Assembly: GCA_041559015.1 (NCBI GenBank)
Contig: JBFFED010000001.1
Span: forward strand, 2,361-66,360
Reading direction: 5' to 3'
DNA length: 64,000 nt
Source of the DNA: Thermoplasmata archaeon
GTDB taxonomy: Archaea; Thermoplasmatota; Thermoplasmata; UBA10834
Position 1 is the stretch's first letter. Each line of letters starts with the position of its first letter. A program made the translations under genes and the position numbers. Positions 10,104 to 18,849 of the stretch are shown here, piece after piece. Below the pieces are notes generated by a model. The model had not been told where the DNA came from. It saw nothing but the letters and a program-made list of their open reading frames with translations, and searched no databases.

Positions 10104-11170
10104 GAGAGTATCTCCCCCAGCCTTCCGCTCTCCTTGGCGAACTTGACCTCTTGGGCTATCCTCCTGCCGGTAGACACACCGGGCTCGAGCAGGTCGGAGT
10201 ACGGGGAGCCGGACACGAACGGGTTGGTGCCCGCCACTATCCTGGACGATATCTCGAACACCTTCACCTGTAGATTGTCGGTCACGATGCACTCGAGGCA
10301 GAACGGGCCAATCATGCCTCCGAACAGCTCCAGGGACTTCTCGACGGCCCTCTCGCCCATGTCCAGCAGCTTCGGGAGCAGGGACTCGCGGACCACGACG
10401 GGCACGTTGCCCGTGACGACGAATGTCGGGAAGAAGCCGAGCTTCTTCAGCTCCTCCTGTGCCCCGAGCTTGTACATCTCGTCTATGTTGGACTCATCGC
10501 GCCTGTCAATGCTAAGGAGCTCGAGCACGCCCTTGCTGAGCTTGTAGCCCTGGGTCCTGATGGGCGAGTAGAAGTAGTGTATGTAGTACCTCGTGCCGAG
10601 GATGTACTCCTGGATTGAGAACTTCTGGCTGTGGTCTATCCCGAGCTTGAAGTCCGGATAGTCCTTCGCTATGAAGAACCCGCGTCCGCCCTTGGCGCCG
10701 TCGTACTTCACGAGCACCGGCCTGTCGATGAGCTTGGGGTCGTCTATCTTCCTGGGCATCTCGAGACCTGCCCCGGTGATCCACAGCCGCTCCTTCTCCC
10801 GGTCGCTCTCCCAGTCGAGGACCGTCCTGTTCCCGAAGGTCGGCACCTCGAGCTCCTCGAAGTTCCTCGTGTTCATGTACTCGATGAAGGAGCCGTGGGG
10901 GACGAGGATCACGTTCCTCTCTGTCAGCTCTGAGGCCCTGTCCAGGAGCTGCGTGTATGAGTCCACGAAGAAGAACTCGTCGGGCTTGCCCCTCGGGAAG
11001 GCATCATAGAACTTGGTTTTCTGTCCGACCGCTATACCAAGGGTCTTGAAGCCCTCCTTCCGGGCGCCGTCGAATATCTGGAGCGACGTGTGAGAACAAG
11101 CGGTGGCGATGACCAGGTTGTCCTTGTCATAGCCATCTATTATGCGGTTGATCCTCTCCCGGGAAACCAT
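10100..11170 (-). CDS. purP: Formate-dependent AICAR formyltransferase (ATP-grasp)
   Basis: ATACSHTSLQIFDGARKEGF, PHGSF, GAKGGRGFF, GN.PVV.RESLL, FEISSRIVAGTN. Confidence 0.9.
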   Translation of the reverse strand: MVSRERINRIIDGYDKDNLVIATACSHTSLQIFDGARKEGFKTLGIAVGQKTKFYDAFPRGKPDEFFFVDSYTQLLDRASELTERNVILVPHGSFIEYMNTRNFEELEVPTFGNRTVLDWESDREKERLWITGAGLEMPRKIDDPKLIDRPVLVKYDGAKGGRGFFIAKDYPDFKLGIDHSQKFSIQEYILGTRYYIHYFYSPIRTQGYKLSKGVLELLSIDRRDESNIDEMYKLGAQEELKKLGFFPTFVVTGNVPVVVRESLLPKLLDMGERAVEKSLELFGGMIGPFCLECIVTDNLQVKVFEISSRIVAGTNPFVSGSPYSDLLEPGVSTGRRIAQEVKFAKESGRLGEILS

Positions 11171-11257
11171 TATCGCACATATTCTGTTTTCTGATTTAAA
11201 ACTTGCCTCACCGTTATGGGGCGAGCGTCCAAAGTATAAGACGCAGCCTGGCCGACA

Positions 11258-12022
11258 TCAGACCCTCGCGTGCCGCCTCAGAACCTCGCTCCCCAGGAGG
11301 AGTATCTCAAATCCATTCAGCTCGCCCAGCAAGACGCCGTCGTCGTCGACCACGGGAAGGTCCTCCATGCTGTTGTCTATCATCTTCCTGAGCGCGGTGA
11401 TCAACTTGTCGTCCTGGTAGACCGTGACTGGCTTGACCATGTACTCTTCCACTGAGAACGGCAACACCCCCCTCTTGCTCCTGACCACGGGCCGGTCCTT
11501 GTCGAAGAGCGACAGGGAGCTCTCGATGGCTTTCAGCATCTGATTGAGCCCGATCATCCCCAGTAGACGCCTCCCGTCATCCACCACGTACGCGCTCCTC
11601 GTCCGAGGGTCCGCGAGGACCCTGTCCACGACCTCGTTGAGTATCATCCTCTGCGTGACGATTATCGGGTCGGTCACCACGAGCCTGAAGGCGTCCCGAA
11701 CATACCGGAATGAGAGTTCGTCAGCCATCCTCTCGAACATCCCTGCGCTCAGCTCCCGCTCGACTATCTCGAGCGCGGACCTGCCTGTCTGGGTCAGGGT
11801 GTGCTTCTTCCAGGTCCTCCTGCCAGGCTCCAATTGCTCGAGCACGCCCCTCGACTCCAGCTCCTTGAGGCCGGTGCTCACGTTCTGAATGGAGCGGCCA
11901 GAGTCCTGAGCAATCTCTGAAGCGCCTGCGAACTTGTGGTGCTTGAAGTACCTGATGGTCACGAGCCGTCTGTCGGATCTTATAATCCACTTCGCGATAT
12001 CCCTGGTGTCATTCTCCGCCAT
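11258..12022 (-). CDS. Winged-HTH plus CBS-pair transcriptional regulator
   Basis: N-terminal 'ASEIAQDSGRSIQNVSTGLKELESRGVL...LTQTGR' wHTH; C-terminal CBS repeats 'YVVDDGRRLLGMI' and 'LPVVDDDGVLLGEL'. Confidence 0.8.
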   Translation of the reverse strand: MAENDTRDIAKWIIRSDRRLVTIRYFKHHKFAGASEIAQDSGRSIQNVSTGLKELESRGVLEQLEPGRRTWKKHTLTQTGRSALEIVERELSAGMFERMADELSFRYVRDAFRLVVTDPIIVTQRMILNEVVDRVLADPRTRSAYVVDDGRRLLGMIGLNQMLKAIESSLSLFDKDRPVVRSKRGVLPFSVEEYMVKPVTVYQDDKLITALRKMIDNSMEDLPVVDDDGVLLGELNGFEILLLGSEVLRRHARV

Positions 12023-12212
12023 GCTATCACTGAGCGAGCCGCAGGACTGGACTCTCTACCGCGCATGCCCTTCGATGATAATCGCTGGCAACCGTTTAAT
12101 AGTTATTCATCATTTATCATAATTAGTCATAGGGATGGCCCCTACTGATCCTCGCCATCTGTGAAACAGACCAGCTGGGGGCATCCCGCAAAGTTATCAC
12201 GAGGGTGTAAGT

Positions 12213-13328
12213 CTGCGTACCTCCAAATCGAGAGGTGAATCGAGGCCGATTTTCGCGGTCCTTGGGGCCGGGCATGGCGGCCTGGCGATGGCCGGGCACC
12301 TGGCGATCATGGGCTTCCCCACGCGACTCTGGAACAGGTCGCGTGAGAGGATAGACAACGTCAACGACAGGGGCGGCGTCGAGGTCGAGGGGGTCATCGA
12401 GGGCTACGGCAATGTGGAGCTTGCCTCGGACGACATCGAGGAGGTGCTCGACGGCGCGGACGTCGTGATGGTAGTCGTGCCCGCACCTGGGCACAGAGAC
12501 GTCGCCGAGCTGTGCGCGCCCTATCTCACCAATAGGCACTCCGTGATACTCAATCCCGGCAGGACCTTCGGGGCGATAGAGTTCATGAACGTGCTCAGGC
12601 AGAAGAAGGTCAAGGCAAGGCCAATCGTCGCCGAGACGCAGACTTTCATCTATGTGTCAAGGCACGCGGAGCCGGCCAGGGCTAGGATAATCCAGATGAA
12701 GAACTCGGTGCCCTTGGCGGCCATCCCCGCGCACAAGACGCCCCAGGTCCTCGAAGTCGTGAGACGCGCCTTCCCGCAGTTCGTGGCAGCGAGCAACGTG
12801 CTCGAGACGAGCCTCGACAACATAGGTGCGATATTCCACCCGTCGCTCACAATCCTGAATGCCGCAAGGATAGAGTCCACGCACGGGGATTTCGAGTACT
12901 ACCTCGAGGGCATCTCGCCCTCTGCCGCAAGGGTCCTGGAATCGGCGGACGCGGAGCGGGTGGGCGTCGGTGCCGCACTCGGGATACATCTACACACAGC
13001 AAGGGAATGGCTCTATCTAGCCTACGACTCCCCTGGGAGAAGTCTCTACGAGGCGGTCCAGGCGACCCCCGGATACAAAGGCGTCCGCGCCCCCGCCACC
13101 TTGACCCACAGATACATCCTGGAGGACGTCCCCATGAGCCTCGTGCCCATCACATCAGTTGCAGGGCTCGCCGGGGTGAAGACCCCGACCCTCCAGACGC
13201 TCATACATCTTGCATCGACCATGCACGGCCGAGACTTCTGGGCCGAGGGAAGGACCGTCGAGAAGCTCGGGCTGGCAGGCATGTCAGTCAAGGACATCAG
13301 GATGCTGGCCGTCAGGGGTGTGCGCTGA
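12213..13328 (+). CDS. NAD/NADP opine (octopine/nopaline-type) dehydrogenase family protein
   Basis: FAVLGAGHGG Rossmann motif upstream of the first ATG (12288), so a CTG start at 12213 after GAGGGTG (or ATT at 12249) is inferred; LNPGRTFG, N.GAIFHP, YYLEGI, RYILEDVP.SLVP. Confidence 0.85.
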   Translation: MRTSKSRGESRPIFAVLGAGHGGLAMAGHLAIMGFPTRLWNRSRERIDNVNDRGGVEVEGVIEGYGNVELASDDIEEVLDGADVVMVVVPAPGHRDVAELCAPYLTNRHSVILNPGRTFGAIEFMNVLRQKKVKARPIVAETQTFIYVSRHAEPARARIIQMKNSVPLAAIPAHKTPQVLEVVRRAFPQFVAASNVLETSLDNIGAIFHPSLTILNAARIESTHGDFEYYLEGISPSAARVLESADAERVGVGAALGIHLHTAREWLYLAYDSPGRSLYEAVQATPGYKGVRAPATLTHRYILEDVPMSLVPITSVAGLAGVKTPTLQTLIHLASTMHGRDFWAEGRTVEKLGLAGMSVKDIRMLAVRGVR

Positions 13329-14986
13329 TTAGGATCCTTGGAGCGGCCATAGGCAACTGTGTCCACGTCGGCGGCATAAATGCGTTCCTGGGGCTGGCGA
13401 AGGGCATGGGATACGAGGTAGAGTTCATGGGCCCTGCGGTCCCGGTCAGGCAGCTGGTGCCCGCGATCAAGCTCAAGAACCCGGACATAGTCGCGCTGAG
13501 CTACAGGTTGACCGCAGAGTCTGCGGCACCCATCTTCGAGGAGCTGAAGGCGGAGATCGAGAAGGACCCTGCCCTTCAGGGCAGGCGATACCTCTTCGGG
13601 GGCACCGCCCCCGTTGCGATGGTCGCCCGCGACAGCGGCATCTTCGAGGCGGCGTTCGACGGCAGCGAGCCTGTGGAGGCCATCAAGGCGGCCCTTCAGA
13701 GAGTACCCGTACCCAAGGAGGAGAGGGTCTGGAGCCCGAGCCTCATAGGTCGGATAGAGAGCTCGTACCCCGTCCCGCTCCTTAGACACCATTTCGGGCT
13801 GCCGAGGATGAAGGACACCCTCGAGGGCGCGAGGAGAATCGCGGAGGCGGGTGTTCTGGACATACTCTCCCTGGCACCCGACCAGAACGCCCAGGAATCC
13901 TTCTTCCGGCCGATGGAGATGGACCCGAACCTGGACGGCGCCGGGGGCGCGCCCTTCAGGAGGCCTGAAGACCTGAAGGCGGTCTGGGACGCCACCAGAA
14001 GGGGCAGCCACCCGCTCCTGAGATGCTACAGCGGCACTCGCGACCTCATAAAGTGGGCGGAGATGCTCAAGTCAACGATCGACATTGCCTGGGGGGCAGT
14101 GCCGATCTCCTGGTACAGTGAGCTGGACGGCCGGTCGAAGCGCCCGCTCAGGGACGCGATCGCGGAGAACCAGGAGGCCATCAGGTGGTACGCCCGGAGC
14201 GGAATCCCGGTCGAGATAAACGAGTCGCATCAGTGGGCCCTGAGGGGCTGCGGCGACACTATAGAGCTTGCGATGGCGTACGTTGCCGCCTGCAACGCGC
14301 GCGCGCTCGGCGTTAGGGACTACGTTTGCCAGCTCATGTTCGACACGCCGAAGGGCATCTCGCCTTCCATGGACCTGGCGAAGATGCTCGCCAAGCTGGA
14401 ACTCGTCGAATCGCTCGCGAACGGCACGTTCAAAGTCATCAGGATGGTGAGGTCCGGGCTGGCATCCCTGTCACCTTCCCAGAATGAGGCGAAGGGCCAG
14501 CTCGCCGCGTCGATATACTCCGCCATGTCCCTTCAGCCGCACATAGTCCATGTCGTTGGTTTCAGCGAGGCCGACCACGTCGCCACGCCCCAGGAGATAA
14601 TCGAGAGCTGTCAGATAGCGAAGGGGGCCGTGGCCAAGGCCCTGCTTGGCATGCCGAGCCCCGAGGCCGATCCAAAGATCGCGGCCAGGAAGGCGCAGCT
14701 GCTTGAGGAGGTGAAGTTCCTCCTGGACGCGGTCAAGAGGACTGGCAGCAAGGAGGTCAAGGAGCCGCTCACATCGCCCGAGGTACTGTCAATGGCGGTG
14801 AAGCGCGGGCTCCTGGACGCCCCCGACCTCAAGGGGAACCCTGCAGCGCTCGGCTCGATCACGACCACGATCGTCAACGGCGCGTGCGTGGCAGTCGACA
14901 GGGCCTCGAACCTTCCGATTCTGGAGAGGGACCGGGTGGCGAAGCTCGCAACAACCGAGGAGGACCTCGACCTCGTGGAGATATAG
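13325..14986 (+). CDS. Cobalamin-binding domain fused to a large uncharacterised (mutase-like) domain
   Basis: N-terminal B12 domain: GNCVHVGG (DxHxxG variant), VALSYRL, LFGG; about 400 aa C-terminal domain (RHHFG, PDQNAQESFF, RCYSGT, NESHQW); start CTG/ATT overlapping the upstream TGA. Confidence 0.75.
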   Translation: MIRILGAAIGNCVHVGGINAFLGLAKGMGYEVEFMGPAVPVRQLVPAIKLKNPDIVALSYRLTAESAAPIFEELKAEIEKDPALQGRRYLFGGTAPVAMVARDSGIFEAAFDGSEPVEAIKAALQRVPVPKEERVWSPSLIGRIESSYPVPLLRHHFGLPRMKDTLEGARRIAEAGVLDILSLAPDQNAQESFFRPMEMDPNLDGAGGAPFRRPEDLKAVWDATRRGSHPLLRCYSGTRDLIKWAEMLKSTIDIAWGAVPISWYSELDGRSKRPLRDAIAENQEAIRWYARSGIPVEINESHQWALRGCGDTIELAMAYVAACNARALGVRDYVCQLMFDTPKGISPSMDLAKMLAKLELVESLANGTFKVIRMVRSGLASLSPSQNEAKGQLAASIYSAMSLQPHIVHVVGFSEADHVATPQEIIESCQIAKGAVAKALLGMPSPEADPKIAARKAQLLEEVKFLLDAVKRTGSKEVKEPLTSPEVLSMAVKRGLLDAPDLKGNPAALGSITTTIVNGACVAVDRASNLPILERDRVAKLATTEEDLDLVEI

Positions 14987-14999
14987 GAGTTCGGATACG

Positions 15000-16475
15000 A
15001 TGCAAGGGATAGCAGGCACATATGGTTCGCCTGACCGGATACTGGCAAGACGGATGGTCGAGAGGATCTCGCACAGGGGTCCAGACAGGAAGGACATGAT
15101 CGAAGATGACGGACTGGCAATCGCGGCTCGTAAGCCCAGGCCGTCCCCGAAAGGCACCGCCAGGGCAATCGTGGAAGGAGATGGTATCGCAGTAGCGTCG
15201 GACAGCTACCTGTTCAACTCGGAGCTCCTCAAGGAGCTCTTCCTGGAGGACTCGGATGAGGACGCCGGAGACGCCGACCTCCTCATAGACATGTACACGG
15301 CCATAGGGACGAAGATGTTCGGGTACCTCGATGGGGCTTTCGCAATCGCGATATCCGACAACGGCCGGCTGGTGCTCGCGAGGGACAGGTACGGACTGAA
15401 ACCCATGTACATCTCCGGGGGCGTCCGCGAGGGCACCTTCTCCTCTGAGATCAAGTCCCAGCTCGTCGCGGGGGACGAGTTCGTGCCCTTCCCTCCAGGG
15501 AAGGTCCTCGTGGCCGGCAAGGGCTTCTCGCCGATGTGGCCTCGTAAGCCCCCGGTGAGCAGGAGCCGCCCGTCAGGAGACAAGCCGAAGAAACTCCGAC
15601 AGCTGGTGATCGACGGGGTGAGGAGCTGCTGCCGGGAAGGGCAGGGTCTGAACGTCCTGCTCAGCGGAGGGATAGACAGCAGCGTGGTTGCCGCAGCGGC
15701 GTCCGAGGTGACGGACGGGCTGTCAACTGTCTGCGTGGGGACCGAGCGGAGCTCGGACCTCAGGATGGCGAGGAAGGTCGCGGAGAGGATAGGCTCCGAC
15801 CACAGGGAGAAGGTATACAGCACCGAGGAGATGCTCGACGTCCTAGAAGAAGTGGTCTGCGCGGCCGAGAGCTTCGATTTCCCGCTCATCAGGAGCTGCA
15901 TACCAAACTACATGGCCACGCACCTGTTTGACGACAGGCACCTGGTCACCTTGTGTGGTGAGGGGGGCGACGAGATCTTCGCGGGGTACGATTACATGCG
16001 CGCCATCAGCGGTGACGAGGCTCTGAGGAGGGAGCGCAGGAAACTGCTCAGGACAGGTTGGATGACGGGGTTCCAGAGGGTTGACAGGATGACCGCGAGC
16101 GCGTCCCTAGACGGGCGCATTCCCCTGATGGGCAGGGACATGGTCGATTTCGGGATGTCGCTCGACAGGAGGGACCTGATAGGCCCCGGCATCGAGCACA
16201 GCAAACTGATCCTGAGGAAGGCGTTCCAGAAGTCCCTGCCGAAGGAAGTCGCGTGGAGGAGGAAGCAGAGGTTCAGCGACGGCGCTGGTTCCATCCAAGC
16301 CCTGGTGTCGATAGCCGAGGATATGATATCCGATGCCGAATTCGAGAAGGAGCGGAGGGTGCTCCCCAGGGGAAGGATAAGGACGAAGGAAGAGCTCCTG
16401 TACTACCGTTACTTCACCGAGGAGTTCCCGTCCAAGAGCGCGGCGGCGGCGGTCGGCTTCACTCCTAGGCCTTAG
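15000..16475 (+). CDS. Asparagine synthetase B-like ATP-dependent amide ligase lacking the N-terminal catalytic Cys
   Basis: MQGIAG instead of MCGI; HRGPD, ARDRYGLKP, LSGGIDSS PP-loop, GEGGDEIFAGY, RRKQRFSDG; SD-like AGGAG upstream. Confidence 0.85.
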   Translation: MQGIAGTYGSPDRILARRMVERISHRGPDRKDMIEDDGLAIAARKPRPSPKGTARAIVEGDGIAVASDSYLFNSELLKELFLEDSDEDAGDADLLIDMYTAIGTKMFGYLDGAFAIAISDNGRLVLARDRYGLKPMYISGGVREGTFSSEIKSQLVAGDEFVPFPPGKVLVAGKGFSPMWPRKPPVSRSRPSGDKPKKLRQLVIDGVRSCCREGQGLNVLLSGGIDSSVVAAAASEVTDGLSTVCVGTERSSDLRMARKVAERIGSDHREKVYSTEEMLDVLEEVVCAAESFDFPLIRSCIPNYMATHLFDDRHLVTLCGEGGDEIFAGYDYMRAISGDEALRRERRKLLRTGWMTGFQRVDRMTASASLDGRIPLMGRDMVDFGMSLDRRDLIGPGIEHSKLILRKAFQKSLPKEVAWRRKQRFSDGAGSIQALVSIAEDMISDAEFEKERRVLPRGRIRTKEELLYYRYFTEEFPSKSAAAAVGFTPRP

Positions 16476-17268
16476 ATCGAGCCTTCTTCGCTCTGGTCTT
16501 GCGTGCAGCCGGAGTGCGGGCGGGCGGTATCACGTTCCTGCGGCGCTCAGCGGTGGTGTACCTGCAGGCCAACTGACACGCCGTGCACATGACAGTGCTC
16601 TGGGGCGTAAGGGCGGCACAGTGCTTCGACAGCAACTGCTTCAGCTCTGGCTTCGCGCCGGGAGTGGTCGTCACGCCCACGAGGCACCTGCCAGGGTCGA
16701 CCGTGTACGGCTCGAGGGCGTCCGCGGGACAGGCGGTTAGGCATCTCTCGCACTTCCCGCACAGGTCGCCCTCGAAAGGCCTGTCGGGGGCGAGGGGTGC
16801 GTTGGTCAGCACGGCTCCGAACCGGAGCCACGGGCCGTACTTGGGGTGTATGATGAGGGCGTTCTTGCCGTAGCTGCCTACCCCCGCGAGCTGGGCGATG
16901 CGCTTGTAAGAGGCGTACACGGACGGAGCGCACGCCTCGAAGCCGTAGTTCCTGATCACTCTCATCAGCTCGCGCATGATTATGCTGATGGGCATGTATC
17001 CGGGATAGTCCTGACGGCCATCTGACCGCCTGATCTCTATCTCGTCCGCATCGTCGGTCGACAATATGCCGAACAGGACGACCGATCTAGCGTCCGGCAT
17101 AGTGTCGCGTAGCTTCTTGGTCCACCTGTTTATGGTCCACTCGATCTTCACGGGGGGGAGTGCGTCAGCGTCGTCCACTGAGACGATTCCGAACACGACC
17201 GCGCCCTTCTTCCTGGCCCTGTCCCTGAGCACGTCCTTCAGGTCTGCATCTCTCTTGACCGGCACCAT
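16465..17268 (-). CDS. Epoxyqueuosine reductase (QueG)/reductive dehalogenase-like Fe-S protein
   Basis: K..AQLAGVGSYGKNALIIHPKYGPWLRFGAVLT; CGKCERCLTACP; C...CTACQLAC. Confidence 0.75.
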   Translation of the reverse strand: MVPVKRDADLKDVLRDRARKKGAVVFGIVSVDDADALPPVKIEWTINRWTKKLRDTMPDARSVVLFGILSTDDADEIEIRRSDGRQDYPGYMPISIIMRELMRVIRNYGFEACAPSVYASYKRIAQLAGVGSYGKNALIIHPKYGPWLRFGAVLTNAPLAPDRPFEGDLCGKCERCLTACPADALEPYTVDPGRCLVGVTTTPGAKPELKQLLSKHCAALTPQSTVMCTACQLACRYTTAERRRNVIPPARTPAARKTRAKKARSKA

Positions 17269-17484
17269 TGTCCCGACCCTGGAATGCGCTCCCGCCTATT
17301 GAATGGTGTCCTCTGGCCAAGGCGCGCCTGTCGAACGGGCCCATGGACGCGATGTCTCCGTCCATAAGTATTCCGGCGAGAGTGGCGAGCGACCAGTCGC
17401 CGCGTGCGTCACACCACCAGGAGCGTCAAGCATTATAAGGCGAGAGCAGATGCGAAGAGGGACATCCACGGGGTGCAGAGGCGC

Positions 17485-18735
17485 ATGACACGGGGGTCCG
17501 ATGACTGCTCCAGACCGTCCAGGAAGAGGCGCATACTGGCCGGCATCAGCACGAACGTCCTCGTGCTTGGGATAGTCAGCCTGCTCACGGACATGAGCAG
17601 TGAGATGATCTATCCGATCATGCCCCTGTTCCTGACGGCGATAGGGGCCAGCGGGCTCGTCATCGGCCTGATAGAGGGCGCCTCCGAGACGACCGCGTCA
17701 CTGATCAAGGTGTTCTCCGGGTGGTACTCTGACAGGTACAGGAGGAGGAAGCCGTTCATCCTCGCAGGGTACGGCTCGAGCTCTGCGGTGAAACCCGTCC
17801 TCTACTTGGCGACCGCTCCGTGGCACGTACTCGGTCTCAAGATAATGGAGCGCGTGGGCAAGGGCGTGAGAAGCGCTCCGAGGGACGCCCTCATCGCCGA
17901 CTCCACGGACAGCGCGTACCGCGGGAGGGCTTTCGGGTTCCACAAGGCCATGGACTCGACCGGCGCGGTCATAGGCCCGCTGCTCGTCCTCCCCGTGCTC
18001 GTGGCCGCAGCGGCGGTCACCACCGACACCTACAGGCTCATCTTCCTCATCTCAGCGATCCCCGCATTTGTTGCGGTCGCGATAATAGTCCTGTTCTTGC
18101 GGGACAAGAAGACCGACCATGCCGACAAGATCGACAAGATGTTCAAGGAGATGAGGCACCTCGGAGACAGGTTCTACCTGCTCCTCATGGTCATCGTGGT
18201 GTTCTACATCGGCGAGATAAGCTACGCGTTCTTCATCCTGAGGGCGATGGACGAGGGCTTCACGGTGTTTGGGCTCGGCGTAGACGCCTCGATTATTCTG
18301 CTGTACGTCACCCTGAACCTATTCTTCGTACTCTTCGCGCTACTGACTGGCGGGATATCGGACAGGATCGGGAGGAAACCCGTCATAGCGGCATCATTTG
18401 TCATCTTCGCATTGACATGCGTGGTCATGACGATGACGGGGTCCTACATGCTGCTGGTGCTCGGGTTCGCGATGTTCGGGGTCTACAAGGGCTCGTCCGA
18501 AGGGGTGCTCAAGGCGTATGTCATCGATGTCGTTCCGAAGGGGCTGAGGGGGACCGCAATGGGAGCGTTCCATACGGCCGTAGGGCTGGTCATGCTGCCG
18601 GGGGGCATAATGGCAGGGTTCCTGTGGGACAGCTACGGACATTGGGCGACCTTCGCCTATGGCGCGTCCGCCGCGTTGTTGGCCCTGGTGCTCCTAATCG
18701 TGATAGCTCCCGATGTGGACAAGAAGGCCGGCTAA
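17485..18735 (+). CDS. MFS transporter
   Basis: About 12 hydrophobic helices; GWYSDRYRRRK and GGISDRIGRK motif A; GKGVRSAPRDALIAD. Confidence 0.9.
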   Translation: MTRGSDDCSRPSRKRRILAGISTNVLVLGIVSLLTDMSSEMIYPIMPLFLTAIGASGLVIGLIEGASETTASLIKVFSGWYSDRYRRRKPFILAGYGSSSAVKPVLYLATAPWHVLGLKIMERVGKGVRSAPRDALIADSTDSAYRGRAFGFHKAMDSTGAVIGPLLVLPVLVAAAAVTTDTYRLIFLISAIPAFVAVAIIVLFLRDKKTDHADKIDKMFKEMRHLGDRFYLLLMVIVVFYIGEISYAFFILRAMDEGFTVFGLGVDASIILLYVTLNLFFVLFALLTGGISDRIGRKPVIAASFVIFALTCVVMTMTGSYMLLVLGFAMFGVYKGSSEGVLKAYVIDVVPKGLRGTAMGAFHTAVGLVMLPGGIMAGFLWDSYGHWATFAYGASAALLALVLLIVIAPDVDKKAG

Positions 18736-18849
18736 CCATCCTCGGGGGACATGGGGCCAGACATGGCCGTGAACGGCCCCCATCACCTCTGAGATAGATT
18801 CTTGAGAGGCCCGCGGATATCCCCCCTGAGCCCGAAGGGGGGCACCGAT

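Noticed and set aside
13007..13324. N-terminal 106-aa extension of the B12 protein in the ORF track
   Set aside because: Overlaps the opine dehydrogenase in another frame and is Arg/Pro-rich nonsense; the domain begins at about 13325
15000..16475. Lasso peptide cyclase interpretation of the AsnB-like gene
   Set aside because: No B1/B2 (RRE, transglutaminase-like) genes or precursor peptide nearby
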